NCBI RefSeq assembly: GCF_009914755.1 | Contig: NC_060935.1 | Reading direction: 5' to 3' (one strand) | DNA from: the human T2T-CHM13v2.0 reference genome, Homo sapiens | Length of the DNA: 64,000 nt | Shown here: positions 13,936-25,442 of the stretch, in pieces | Position numbering within the stretch: the stretch's first letter is position 1 | Layout of the letters: each line of letters starts with the position of its first letter | Notes under the pieces: generated by a model | What the model was told of the DNA's origin: nothing | The model's database searches: none | Seen by the model: the letters and a program-made list of their open reading frames with translations, nothing else | Made by a program: the position numbers and the translations under genes

Positions 13936-15079
13936 CGCCCCACTACCTTCCAGTCTGCTCCTCCAATGTAACGACCGCATTTAAAAATGGCAATTAAAAT
14001 GACTGAGGAGCTCGGTGATCACATTTCAACCCAGAGCACATTTCCCGAAGCTGGGGGTGAGAGTAGTCATACAGTCACACTCACACCCGGGAGCCCTCCA
14101 AGCGTCCATCTGGCGGCTGCAGCCTCAGTTGGCTCCTAGACGAACATCAATACCGCGGCCGGGCGCCCGGTGAGGAGAGGCGGGCGCCCCGCGGGTTGCA
14201 GAGGGCGAGGAGCTGGGGTCGCATCTCCAGGATCTGAGCTCCAACCACCGCCCGTGCGGGGCTGCTGCAGCCGGCACTTGCCCCGCAGGGCAGGCTGCAG
14301 CCGCTGAAGCCCGGCGCCGCCTCGCGGGCTCCTCCAGCGCCCGACGGGGGCCTGGGGCGAGCTAGTCTGCAGAGGGGCTGCAGGCGACCGGGCCGGGGCG
14401 GGGAACGGGATCCGGGAGAGGCAGACGAACCTGGGGCGCGCCGCCTCCCTCCCACCCGCTTCCCACCTCCCTGCCCTCCCCCAACCCTTGCTCCCAGGCT
14501 CCAGTCCGCGGCGGGCTCCGGGGGCTGCGGCGGCTCCAGGCTCCAGAACAGCTTGCCTCTTCGGCCACCCGCGCCCTAGCCTCCCTCCTCCTGGGCCAGG
14601 GGAGCAAGCAAACATCTCCCGGAGCCCTCGGCAGCCGCGTGAGCTACCCGAACCCTGCCCGGGCCAGCAGTGCAGAGGGCGATGGAGCTGGCGAGGCGTC
14701 GCCGCGGTCCCCAAGGCGCTTTTCCGTAGAGCGGATCACGCCGCCTTACCGTGGCTGCAGGCTGCTACCGCCGGGGAAGCGGCGAGGACGGCGGCAGGGA
14801 GGCAAGGCGCCGCGCCGGTGGCTCCTCTCTCTCTCGGCGGCGCGGCTCCTCTGCTCCGCGAGCCGGAGCGGGGCGCCCAGGAAGGAGCAGGTCCGGGCTC
14901 TGCGCTCAGCTCCAGCGAGACCAACAATAGCTCCCGCGGGGAGCGGAGCCCCAGCGAGCCTCCAGCCGCGCGCGCACGACTGGCTCCCGCTCCCGGCCGC
15001 TCCCGGCCGGCGTCCCTGCCAGCACTGCTGCCCCACATGAAACAGCTGCAATCCCGAGGCTTCTGGGGGGTTGGGGCGG

Positions 15080-15125
15080 GTGTGTGCGCGCGCGTGTGTG
15101 AGTGTGTGTGTGTGTGTGTGTGTGT
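15080..15125. repeat. (TG)n/(CG)n alternating purine-pyrimidine microsatellite in exon 1
   Basis: tgtgtgcgcgcgcgtgtgtgagtgtg... Confidence 0.95.
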
Positions 15126-15221
15126 TTAATAGCTTCCCTTCTCTTCTTCCCCTCCCTGCCTGCTCGCCTGCCTGCCTCCGTCCCCCACCCTCGCTCTCTT
15201 ACACACAGAAAGAGAGGGCGA

Positions 15222-15261
15222 GCGAGAGAGAGACACACACACACACGCACACGCACACGCA
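15222..15261. repeat. (GA)n + (CA)n/(CACG) microsatellite at the TSS region
   Basis: gcgagagagagacacacacacacacgcacacgcacacgca. Confidence 0.9.
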
Positions 15262-15410
15262 GGTTACATGAATGGGAGGCGGTAGCCAATCCTACGAGGC
15301 CGGCGAGCCGCGCGGCGCACTGGCGCTGGGAGCAGGGCCGCACTCCGGCGCGGGGGGGCGCCACGCAGGTGATGGGCGCCTCTCCGGGGGCCACGCGCGG
15401 CCGCTCCCTC
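15262..15410 (-). promoter_or_regulatory. Core/proximal promoter: NF-Y CCAAT box (AGCCAATC 15284-15291) and GC-rich Sp/KLF-type elements, TATA-less
   Basis: Motifs seen directly upstream of the inferred exon 1. Confidence 0.55.
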
Positions 15411-15760
15411 ACCCCAGTCTCGGTTCCTCTGTCTCCTTCCCCCTTCCTCTCCGCCGCCTTCTCCATCTTCTCTCCTTTTACCTCCTTTGCTTTCTCGAGT
15501 TCTCCGAGCTCTCTCAGTTCGGTATCTTTCTGGTCTCTTTCTTCTTTTACCCTCCTTGCTTGCTTTCTCTTCCCCTTTCTGAAACTTTCTCTTTTCCTTT
15601 CTGGACTTTCTTGTACTTCCTCTCCTCTTGCCTTTTGTTCTTTCCTCCTCCTTTGGCTTTCTCTCCAGGCTCCCCGTAGCACGGTCTCGTCCCCTCTCCC
15701 TCCTCTTCGCCTTTCCCTGGGTCTCTCTGGCGCCCAGGGCCTCCCTTCTGCCTGCTCGCT
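15405..15760. repeat. CT-rich low-complexity polypyrimidine tract upstream of the promoter
   Basis: ~350 bp almost devoid of A on the + strand. Confidence 0.85.
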
Positions 15761-16064
15761 GGATGTTACTCCACACCCCCCACCCCAACACTTTTCTAGG
15801 GACGGTCTCTTTCAAGTTGCTACTGCAGCACAATCAGAGTAATTAAGAGCTGAGATCTTGAGTTCCTTCTTCAGGCATGCAAGATGCCCAAAGAAAGGCC
15901 CTCCTTCCTCGGACAACTTCCCCAAAACCATGGTAACAGCTACTGAGTCGTGATAACAATCACTTAAAAAATAGCAGTGATTGCGGTCCAAGAGATTTCT
16001 GTCCCTCGAATGTTTGGATCGTGATGGCAAGCACATTTCCAAGAGAAGGGCATTTTTATGTGAT

Positions 16065-16312
16065 GAGAGCGGTAGTTTGACTGAGTGGCAACTTGGAAGG
16101 GCTTTGGGGAAGAGACTGGAGGAATTCCCACTCCAGCCCTGCTGCCTGCTGGCTAAAGGACTTAGTGCGAGCCATTTCCCCTTACCCGGCTTCAGTTTTC
16201 TCATCTATAAAATGGATGATACCGACTTCACCAGTTTTGGTGAGGATTAAAAGAGAGAACAATGGAAAGAAAGCACTGTGTGTATATGAGATGCTTAATT
16301 TATGTTAGTTTC
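16065..16312 (+). mobile_element. MIR SINE
   Basis: cttcagttttctcatctataaaatgg...gtgaggattaaa. Confidence 0.8.
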
Positions 16313-16899
16313 CTTCTTTAAGACAACTTCCTTCATGATCTTCTGCTACAGTGTGTCTCTCTGATCTAAAGTAGTCAATGAAGGAGGAAATGTGACAATG
16401 CTAATTTCACATAAATGTGAAAGGAGGGGTAGGCTATTTTGAAAACTCTTCTGTGTGGTGAGGAGACTGTCTAGCCAGTTGCCATATGCTGATTATAAAG
16501 GCATCACAGATTATAAACGTGGGGTGCTGGAATGCCCCTTCAACATCTCATAACTAGGGCATCTCAGAAAGGCAGGGATGGGTTGGGGTGGGTGGGAAGT
16601 TTCCACACAATCTGTCCAATCTATTTTTAAAATCTTTATGATAAGTATACAGTGACCAGTGACAAAGCCTCTGAGATTAACTAAAATGTCAAGTCTCTGC
16701 CTTTGAATAGCATTTATCAACTTTGTGTCCTCACTGCAGACATCAAATGCTGGGCATCAGCTGTGATTGGCAGTTAGATTTAGTCCTTCAACAAATATTT
16801 CTTGACCACCTACTTTGTGGCAGGTGCTGTGATAGGTCTCGGCATTCAGTGGTGAGACAAACAGGCCCTGTTTTCTGAGCTTACAGTTCAGTAGGCATG

Positions 16900-17362
16900 T
16901 TTCATGAATGTACACTGAGAAAATGAGACACATGTACCTGAAGGAGTAACATTGGTTTGGTGGACAAATTCTTTCATTACAGAAGATCCAAGACAGGGAG
17001 TATAAGAAAGGGATCTTTGAGAGTGATAATTTTGCAAATCACTTTCAGTCTATGCATTTCATTTGACCAGTGAGAAAAATGAGACCCAGATGCTAAAAGT
17101 AGTGGGTGAAAGTATGTTGAGAAACAAAAAATATATATAGGTTCAAAGTATCTGCCCACATGATACTGATTAATTTCAAAGGGGAAAATAGTAACTTTTC
17201 AATAGAAAACCTGAAAGACTCCACCTTGAGTGATTAAAATCAGTATTAGCAGGAATGTGACAAATAGACATCAAGTGGCCCCTGATATAGTGCACTGGGA
17301 AGGACATATCACTTCTGTGATATTCCTGGTAGACATGAATAACCTGAATCTAATCATGAGGG
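16900..17362 (+). mobile_element. L1MC 3' UTR fragment
   Basis: aaaggggaaaatagtaact...ataacctgaatctaatcatgagg. Confidence 0.75.
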
Positions 17363-17374
17363 ATGCCCAATGGA

Positions 17375-18320
17375 ATTGTTGGGAGTAAGGGAAGACTTCC
17401 CATAGGAGATGACAGGTTCTCACTCTGTCATCCAGGCTGGAGTGCAGTGGTGCCATCTTGGTTCACTGAAGCCTCAACCTCCTGAGCTCAGGTGATCCTC
17501 CCACCTCAGCCTCTTGAGTAGCTGGGACCACAGGCATGTGCCACCACACCACGCCAAACTAATTTTATTTGTTTGTTTGTTTGTTTTACAGATGAGGTCT
17601 CACTATGTTGCCCAGGCTGGTCTCAAATACCATCAATCCTCTGCCCTAGGCTTCCCAGAGTGCTGGGATTATAGGTGTGAGCTACCATACCTGGCCTTGA
17701 GCTGAGTTTTGAAGGCAAGGAATTAGCTAGACCGTGAAAGGAGGGGAGATGCTTTTTAGGTACAGGCAATAGTATGATGACATGGACAAAAGCATGAGAC
17801 ACTCATAGCAGAGTTGGACATATTGGGGGAGGGTCTTGGAGGAGTCTAGATGAGTCCCTAGCATCTAGGATTGGATTTTGACAGGGCCTGAAGGAGGCTA
17901 AGGATCCAAACATCCTGAAAGTTCAGGTACTGGGGCAGAAGGAGGGTAGACAGTTAATAAAGGCTTTTAAGAAGAGGAAGGATGTGATCTTGAGTGTGTT
18001 TTCAAAAGATGATTTGGCAGCAGTGTAGAGAAATGGATTAACTGGGGTGACTTAGGAAGAGTAGAGGCAGGAAAAAGTAGGTCATTTAGGGAAACTAAGG
18101 CAGTTGCAATGAAGCCAGAAAAGGGAGGAGAGATTTGAGAGAGATTGAGGATGATTTTGATTTCTGATTGGATGGGGGTAGCAAGGAGAAGCCCAAAGTG
18201 ACACTCAGTTTTCAAGCTTGGGTATCTCAATAGAAGGTGGTACTACTCATTGCGATGTCAAGAGTATTCAGGAGGAAGTAGAATTCAGGGAGCATTTTAG
18301 AGGGGGGAAAAAAGGTCAGT
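17375..18320 (-). mobile_element. L2 element (interrupted by the AluJ)
   Basis: ttgagctgagttttgaagg...tttgattt ctgattggatggg. Confidence 0.75.
17411..17696 (-). mobile_element. AluJ, lacking poly(A) tail, inside L2
   Basis: Dimeric antisense Alu with J-type gcctcaacctcctgagctcag. Confidence 0.9.
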
Positions 18321-18429
18321 TGCTACCATGTTATAATCTAACTCTATAGCTAACCGGAGATTCTCCTATATGGCTGCTCTGTGCCATAGGAAACACTAGT
18401 TGTAAAATTCAGCCTAAGACCTCCAAACA

Positions 18430-18860
18430 GCCAGCTCTACGTATTACCCAGAAAAACAGGAGATTGGATATAATGACAGTACATTATTTGTAATAATGGG
18501 AAAAAAATTGAAGCAGCCTAAATGGTCAAATAAAATAAGTAAACTGGAGGACAGCCTTTGTTGGAATATTATGCAGCTACTCGAAAGTGTTTTTGCAGTT
18601 TTTCGTGCCATAAAAAAGTTAGTATTGTCATATATAATATTTTAAAAGAGAATTCAAAATTGTTAGCTACATAAAAACCCTCTTGCAGAAAAGTCTGAAG
18701 AAAAAAATGCCAAATATTAACCGTGTTTTCTTCTGGGTGATGGGGTTATGAGTAATATATATTTTCTTCTTTATACTTTTTCTGGCATTTTATAATCTTC
18801 CTACTATAAACATTCATTATTCCATTATAAAAACTTTTTAAAGCTGCCATTAAAAAAACA
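18430..18860 (+). mobile_element. Old L1ME 3' fragment
   Basis: ggaatattatgcagct...tctgggtgatggggttatgagt. Confidence 0.65.
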
Positions 18861-20484
18861 CAAAGACATGGCTATGATCATTCCCCCTCCCCTGACTTTA
18901 TCCCTTTTCAATCCACCGTTCCCACTCCCCCTGAAGAGTAACTGCGTTTTGAGTTTTATCTCTGAGAGTGAAATAAGGAGGCATTTAACAAATCAGGGGA
19001 AATTAGTAGCTGGGCTAGAGAGGGGGAGAGGGCATTCTTATGGAGGCAGATACATTATGAGAGCTGTTGAAACTGTATATATTAAAGATGTTTGCATTGC
19101 CCTTATTGATTCTGTGATATGTTACAAGCAAAAGAAAACATATAGTGGGGTCAAGAAAATGTGAGTCTTTAAAGGGCAAGTTTTAATTAGCAAATGTATT
19201 TATTTGCAAAAAAAAAATCCTTCCCTTCAGAGTCCAGCTGTTACTATAAAATTGTTTCAGGGAGTAAGTACTTCAAAGCAAGAAGACACTGAGGAGCAAG
19301 AGGCAATGCCTCATGCCTGTTGTCTGACACCACATCAAATATGCAAGTTGGTTACTTAGGATTTGGACACCTACTGATAAATGCCATCAAACTTCCATAA
19401 TTAGAGGGTGAGAAAAGTGCCTGCCAGAGGATAGTCTCAGTCTTTGGAAAAGTTGCTGTAAATAGTTCCCTGGTGAGGTTACATCTGCATCTCTGATTTT
19501 CGTCTCACAGAAATATTTACCCTGTGGGTAATTTCCCCAACCTAATAATAATAACACCTTACACAGCATAGCCCTTTCACCTTTTCAAAGGGCCTCCGCA
19601 TCTGTTGATTGACTCAATCCTTGTACCCACGCCTGCTGGAATCCTACTTCCAGTGTGCACCAAGAGGAAGAGGGACCCAGAGAGGTTCAAACAAAGAGGC
19701 AGAGCAGGGGCTAGAACTAAAAGAAGGAATAAGAGACATTCTTGAAGAGCCTTCTGTGTGGCCCTGGAGCTTCCACGGTGTGTTATCACATAGAATTGTG
19801 ATAACTAGAGGGGGAGAGTGAACACACTGAGGCTTGTGAGGTTCTGGCTCAGCCGAATCAGAATCAGAATCCAGCTCTCCAGAACTCCCAAGCCACTTGC
19901 CTTTCCCAGCATAGCCCCATTTTTAAAAGCCAAGAGGTGAGGCTGGAGGTGATTTTCTGTCTGACTGACTCCATTTAATCTGTGAGCTGTCTTTCTGTGA
20001 GGTTTGTCTAACCTGTGAGTTGTCTTTCTGTCTTATAGGAATTAGAAGCTAGTGTTTGGGGATTTGGTGATTAACAATGACTTTTGAATTATCTCATAGA
20101 AAATAAGGGGAAAGCCTCTGCTTGGGTTCACCATACATATTCCCTAAAAGGGAAATGATTGGAGCTTGTCCTCCATTTCACCCCTCATCCTGAAATGTTT
20201 AGCAAAGTACTGGCACTTACAGGTTCTTAGTAAATATTCCTTCACTGAGTGAAGAAATGAATGCTAATAACAACAATAGCTAGCATGCATTGAGCATTTT
20301 GCCAGGGGATGAGCAAAAGGCATTATCTTATTTAAATTGTAATGCTATACTTTGTGGTAGATATAATTATTATCCCTAATCCATGGGTCAGAAAACTGAG
20401 AAGTTAAGCAAATTATACAGTCACATAACTAATAAATGGCAAGGCCAAAGTCCACCTTGGATTGTTCTCAGCTACCACACTTTA

Positions 20485-20838
<354 letters not shown>

Positions 20839-20879
20839 CTAGCAGTGAAGTGAGCTCTGCATGAACGGCAATACATTTT

Positions 20880-21134
20880 ATGGTATGGCTAATCTTGTCC
20901 ATTACTCTATATGGTTGCACCCTGTTTATTTCCTTCATGGTATATTTTAGAAGCTGCAGTTACTTGTTTCTGCATTCATTTTACTTTTTAAATCTGCCCA
21001 ACTGCAATCAATATGAGTTTCATAAGTGGAGTGACCAGGAGTATCTTGTTCACTGTTGTGATCCCCAGCACCTAGCACAGTGCTTGCCACAAAGTAAGTG
21101 TTCAATAAATATTTCTAAAATGAATGAATGAATG
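20880..21134 (+). mobile_element. L2a 3' end
   Basis: cccagcacctagcacagtgc...tcaataaatattt...gaatgaatgaatg. Confidence 0.85.
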
Positions 21135-22346
21135 TGGGCTCCCCTCCTTCCTAAGCAGTGGAATGCCTGTGAACATATATATACCTATGCACTGTTGATA
21201 GGGGGTATTTTACACAAATTTACTCCATCTCCATGCCAACGGTATACTTTCTGCCTTTGAAGGCATATGATTTGGGCAGTGGGGCTCAAATTCAGATGAG
21301 CCTGTAATGGTTCTGATGTCAGATTGTACTCCTCCACTGACATTTGCTCCCAGATAGCAGGGAAAACACTGATCAGAAAATAGCAGCATCTGTTGTGGTC
21401 AAAGGTAACGAGCTGGCAAAACTCCGTGGTGGAAGCATCCCCCTGATTAGGTCAGCCTCCACTCTCACAACAGAGAGGAAGTGTATCAGCTGACATTGCT
21501 TGCATAATGTTTCTTTCTGAGGGCTGGTCTCCTCAAAAAGAGCTCTCCTAAAGCATTCTCCTGCATGCTTAATGCCATGTGATGCTCTCCAAAAGGGATG
21601 CGCCAATTTTTTGTCCTATCTCTTCCCATCATTTGCCTAACAGACTTCCTTGCCACTCATGTGGATTTGCTTTTTTCATGCATCAGGTGACAGGTGCTAG
21701 TCCTCTGCAAAAGTAAATTACATCCATTTCTTAGTCTTACAATTCTGCAGCCTTCATTAGATCTGCATATTTGTCCAGACGACCATGGGTGAGGTAATCA
21801 AGAATGAAACAGACAGAATAAACAAAAGAGCCTCCACTAAATGACCAAAGTCTCTGTAGGGTGATTCTAATGATGGTCATGTAAATGACGTGTCAGACAC
21901 TGACCTAAAGCCTTACACATATTCATACATTTAATCCTTACAACAACCCTAGAAAATCAATTCTTTACTACTCCCAAACCAGACTGCAATTCAGTACTTC
22001 AAGGCCTTATCAATCTGTAGGACAATTAGGACTTATACACTGTTCTGTTTTGCACATTATATTTTTCATGTATAATATATCTTAAAAATAGTTCTATCCA
22101 TCTAAATATAAATAGGTGTATATATGTGTATAATACCTTGGAAATTGGTGTATTACTTTTCATACTTGCATATGTTTTAAAAGACATTTGACTTTTTCAT
22201 CGATTCATAATAATTGTACATATTTATGGAGAACATGTGATATTTTGAAACATGCATGCAATATGTGATGATCAAATCAGGGTATTTAGGATAATTCATC
22301 ACGTCATTTATCATTTATTTGTGTTGAGAACATTTCAGATCTTCTA

Positions 22347-22671
<325 letters not shown>

Positions 22672-23218
22672 TCTACACGAAATTATGGTTTACTGTAGCC
22701 ACCCTACTGTGCTATGAAGCACTGGAATTTATTACTTCTATCTAACCGTATGTTTGTATCCATTAACCAGCCTCTCTTCACCCCAACCTCCAATGCTTCC
22801 CAGACTCTAGTAACTATTGTTCTACTTTCTGCCTCCATGAGATCATTTTTTTGGCTCCTACATATGAATGAGAACATGAGACATTTGTTTTTCTGGGCCT
22901 GGTTTATTTTACTTAACATAATGATCTCCAGTTCCATCCACATTGCTGCTAAATGACAGGATTTCATTCTTTTTTATGACTGAATAGTATTCCATTGTGT
23001 ATATATACCACATTTTCTTTACCTGTTCATCTGTGGATGGAGAGATAAGTTGATTTCATGTTTTGGCTATTGTGAATAGTGCTGCAATACACATGGGGGT
23101 GCAGGCATTCCTTTGATATGCTGATTTCTTTTTCTTTGGAGAAATACCCAGTAGTGGGATTGCTGGATCATATGGTAATTCTATTTTTAGTTTTGTTGTT
23201 GAGAAACCTCCATACTGT

Positions 23219-23640
23219 TGTCAAAGCAAACTAAATATGGTCTGAGAAGGACTCCATACTTCCATACTTGAGTCCTCATGGACGAACGTAACCTAACTTA
23301 ACAGGTAGACAAGATTGAAAGCCTAACTTAGGAGTAAGCGCCTATAGCAATAGCTGAGTCTTGGCAAATCCCAGCAGCCACACTTCAACCACTCATACAC
23401 AGCTGAATGTTCAAACTGTGTTCAAATAAGACAAACTCCAAACTGTAACCATCCAGCTGTTTCTGTACCTCACTTCTGATTTCTGTAGGTCACTTCCCTT
23501 TTTTTGGTCTATAAATTTGTTCTGACCACGAGGCACCTATGGAGTCTCTCTGAATCTGCTGTGATTCTGGGGCCTGCCCGATTTGCAAATCATTCATTGC
23601 TCAATTAAACTCCTTTAAATTTAAAGTTTGTCTTTTAACA
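23219..23640 (+). mobile_element. ERV1 solo LTR, MER57 family
   Basis: TG...CA termini; 4-bp TSD ctgt (23215-18 and 23641-44); tgttcaaactgtgttcaaataag...gctgtttctgtacctcacttc motif. Confidence 0.88.
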
Positions 23641-23859
23641 CTGTTTTTCATAATGGCTGTACTAAGTTGCAAACTATTTTATTATATAGACATAGCCTAT
23701 GAATTTAATCACAGAGATCACAGTGATTATGATATATTTACTTAAATAAATCTCAAGCAAGTAAACAAGGTAAGACACATAGTAGCTGCTCACAAAAGTT
23801 AAATTATATTATCACTATCAAGTCTGTCGACTATTAAAGTAACCCAGAGGAAACTGAAG

Positions 23860-24415
23860 TTTCAAATTAGTTTCACAAGATACACATTTTAATTGATGTA
23901 TTGAGGTAACTGACAAACCACTGGGAGAGGGCTATAGTATGTCTTTAAAAATGTTCACACTGAATGTAAAAAAGGAAAATATGAAAAGAAAACATAGGTG
24001 ACAATGTATATGATTTTGGATGTGAAGAAGGAAGACCTTTTAAAATGTAAGATGATAAAGAAGATATTGTAAAGAAAAATGTCAGTGTATAAAAAAATAA
24101 AATGTTTGTATATTTTAAAATCCAAGATAAAAATCAACAAAGAACAAAATTCTGGGGGAAGTATTTGAAACATACATGAAAATGTGCTACTGTTCTTAAT
24201 ATATAATAAGGTCTTATGAATTTATAAGAAAAAAGTGCACAAAGAAAACCCTGTCTCTACTAAAAATAGAAAAATTAGCCAGGCATGGTGGCAGGCGCCT
24301 GTAATCCCAGCTACTGAGGAGGCTGAGGCAAGAGAATCGCCGGTGGGAGGTGATGGTTGCAGTGAGCCAAGATCGCACCACTGCACTCCAGCCTGGGTGA
24401 TGGAGTGAGACTGTG

Positions 24416-24449
<34 letters not shown>

Positions 24450-24990
24450 ACAAAGGACATAAAAAGCTAATTTACCATAAACATATACAGCTAGGCATGT
24501 AACATATATTTAAATCATTAATAACTCCAAGAAATGCAAGAAACAAAAACATTGAGTTTTTCTGTTTTGTTTTTGCTTATCAAATGAGAAAATGTAAGAG
24601 AAGAATAACATGTACAGAAAACAGTTAACTTTACCTATACCGCCAATGGGTATATATTGGTACAACCTTTCCAAAAAATAATATGGCAATATATACTCAA
24701 AACCTTTTATTGTGTGGAGCTTTTGACCTAGGTATCTATGTCTACATTTAATGAAATTAATTCACGGAAAATAATGATGGGTGGACCCCCAAAATTATAT
24801 AAAGGGGTTTCATCAGTGTTAGTAGCAATAGAGGCCAATTGGGAACAATTTAAATGTCAAGAAACTACTAAATGATCAAATGTATTATGGTACACAATTG
24901 TATGATGAAGTATTATACAGTCATTATAGATCATGTTATAGAAGAATTTTTAATGAATCTGGAAAGGAGTCATAATATTTTTGTGACCTT
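23860..24990 (+). mobile_element. Old L1ME fragments
   Basis: A-rich degenerate ORF2 3' sequence (tattggtacaacctttcc, attatggtacac). Confidence 0.6.
24245..24447 (+). mobile_element. 5'-truncated AluS with A28 tail
   Basis: TSD gcacaaag at 24237-24244 and 24448-24455. Confidence 0.92.
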
Positions 24991-25283
24991 TCTTTAATGT
25001 ATTATGAAAAATTTCCCCCAAAATAAAAAAATCCATAAATTGATTATAGCAATTATTTAGCTTTAATTATTGTCAATTCATGTCCAATCTTGTTTTATCT
25101 ACACCCTTCCCTACCCCCATTATTTTGAAGGACTTTCCCTGATTGTTTCATAAATTTCTCTTTTTTTCGTTTGTTTGCATCAGGATCCAAACAAACTCCA
25201 TGTGTTACAACTGGTTGATTTATCTCTTAAGTCTCTGTCTATAGGTTTTCAGCCATCTATTCTTTTCCCTGCTTATACATTAC

Positions 25284-25442
25284 TTTTTTTTTTTCTGAGA
25301 ATGCTTCCGTCTAGTTTTTTTTTATTTATTTTTTATTTTTAAATTTATTATTATTATACTTTAAGTTTTAGGGTACATGTGCACAATGTGCAGGTTAGTT
25401 ACATATGTATACATGTGTCATGCTGGTGCGCTGCACCCATTG
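25284..25442 (-). mobile_element. Severely 5'-truncated young L1 (L1PA2/PA3-like) with 3' transduced tag
   Basis: ttatactttaagttttagggtacatgtgcacaatgtgcaggttagttacatatg; 12-bp TSD tacattactttt (25276-87 and 25443-54); TTTT/AA endonuclease site. Confidence 0.93.

Larger units (their letters stand above)
1..14749 (-). other. TENM4: 5' part of a large first intron
   Basis: Follows the GTAAGG donor; repeat-rich with no credible internal exon or ORF. Confidence 0.6.
14750..15270 (-). other. TENM4: Non-coding first exon (5'UTR) of a minus-strand gene, probably teneurin-4
   Basis: Seen: strong minus-strand donor ACG|GTAAGG (GT at 14749-14748), GC-rich UTR-like sequence, CCAAT box just upstream, no downstream coding exon within 14.7 kb. 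The gene name rests on recalled architecture (minus strand, ~3.8 kb island with non-coding exon 1 near its distal end, giant intron 1) and needs BLAT. The TSS end is approximate. Confidence 0.62.
11555..15405. promoter_or_regulatory. Large CpG island spanning promoter, first exon and 5' end of intron 1
   Basis: Very GC- and CpG-rich (many CGCG, GGCGCC, CCGCGG) and free of interspersed repeats, against CpG-depleted flanks. Edges judged by eye. Confidence 0.93.

Noticed and set aside
14750-15270. Alternative gene identity such as HIVEP3
   Set aside because: Also a minus-strand gene with a non-coding first exon, but the island size and donor position fit my recollection of TENM4 better; BLAT is needed to settle it.
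14906-15842. Glu/Lys/Arg-rich (minus) and Ser/Phe/Leu-rich (plus) ORFs resembling coiled-coil or membrane proteins
   Set aside because: Translation of the CT-rich tract and microsatellites.
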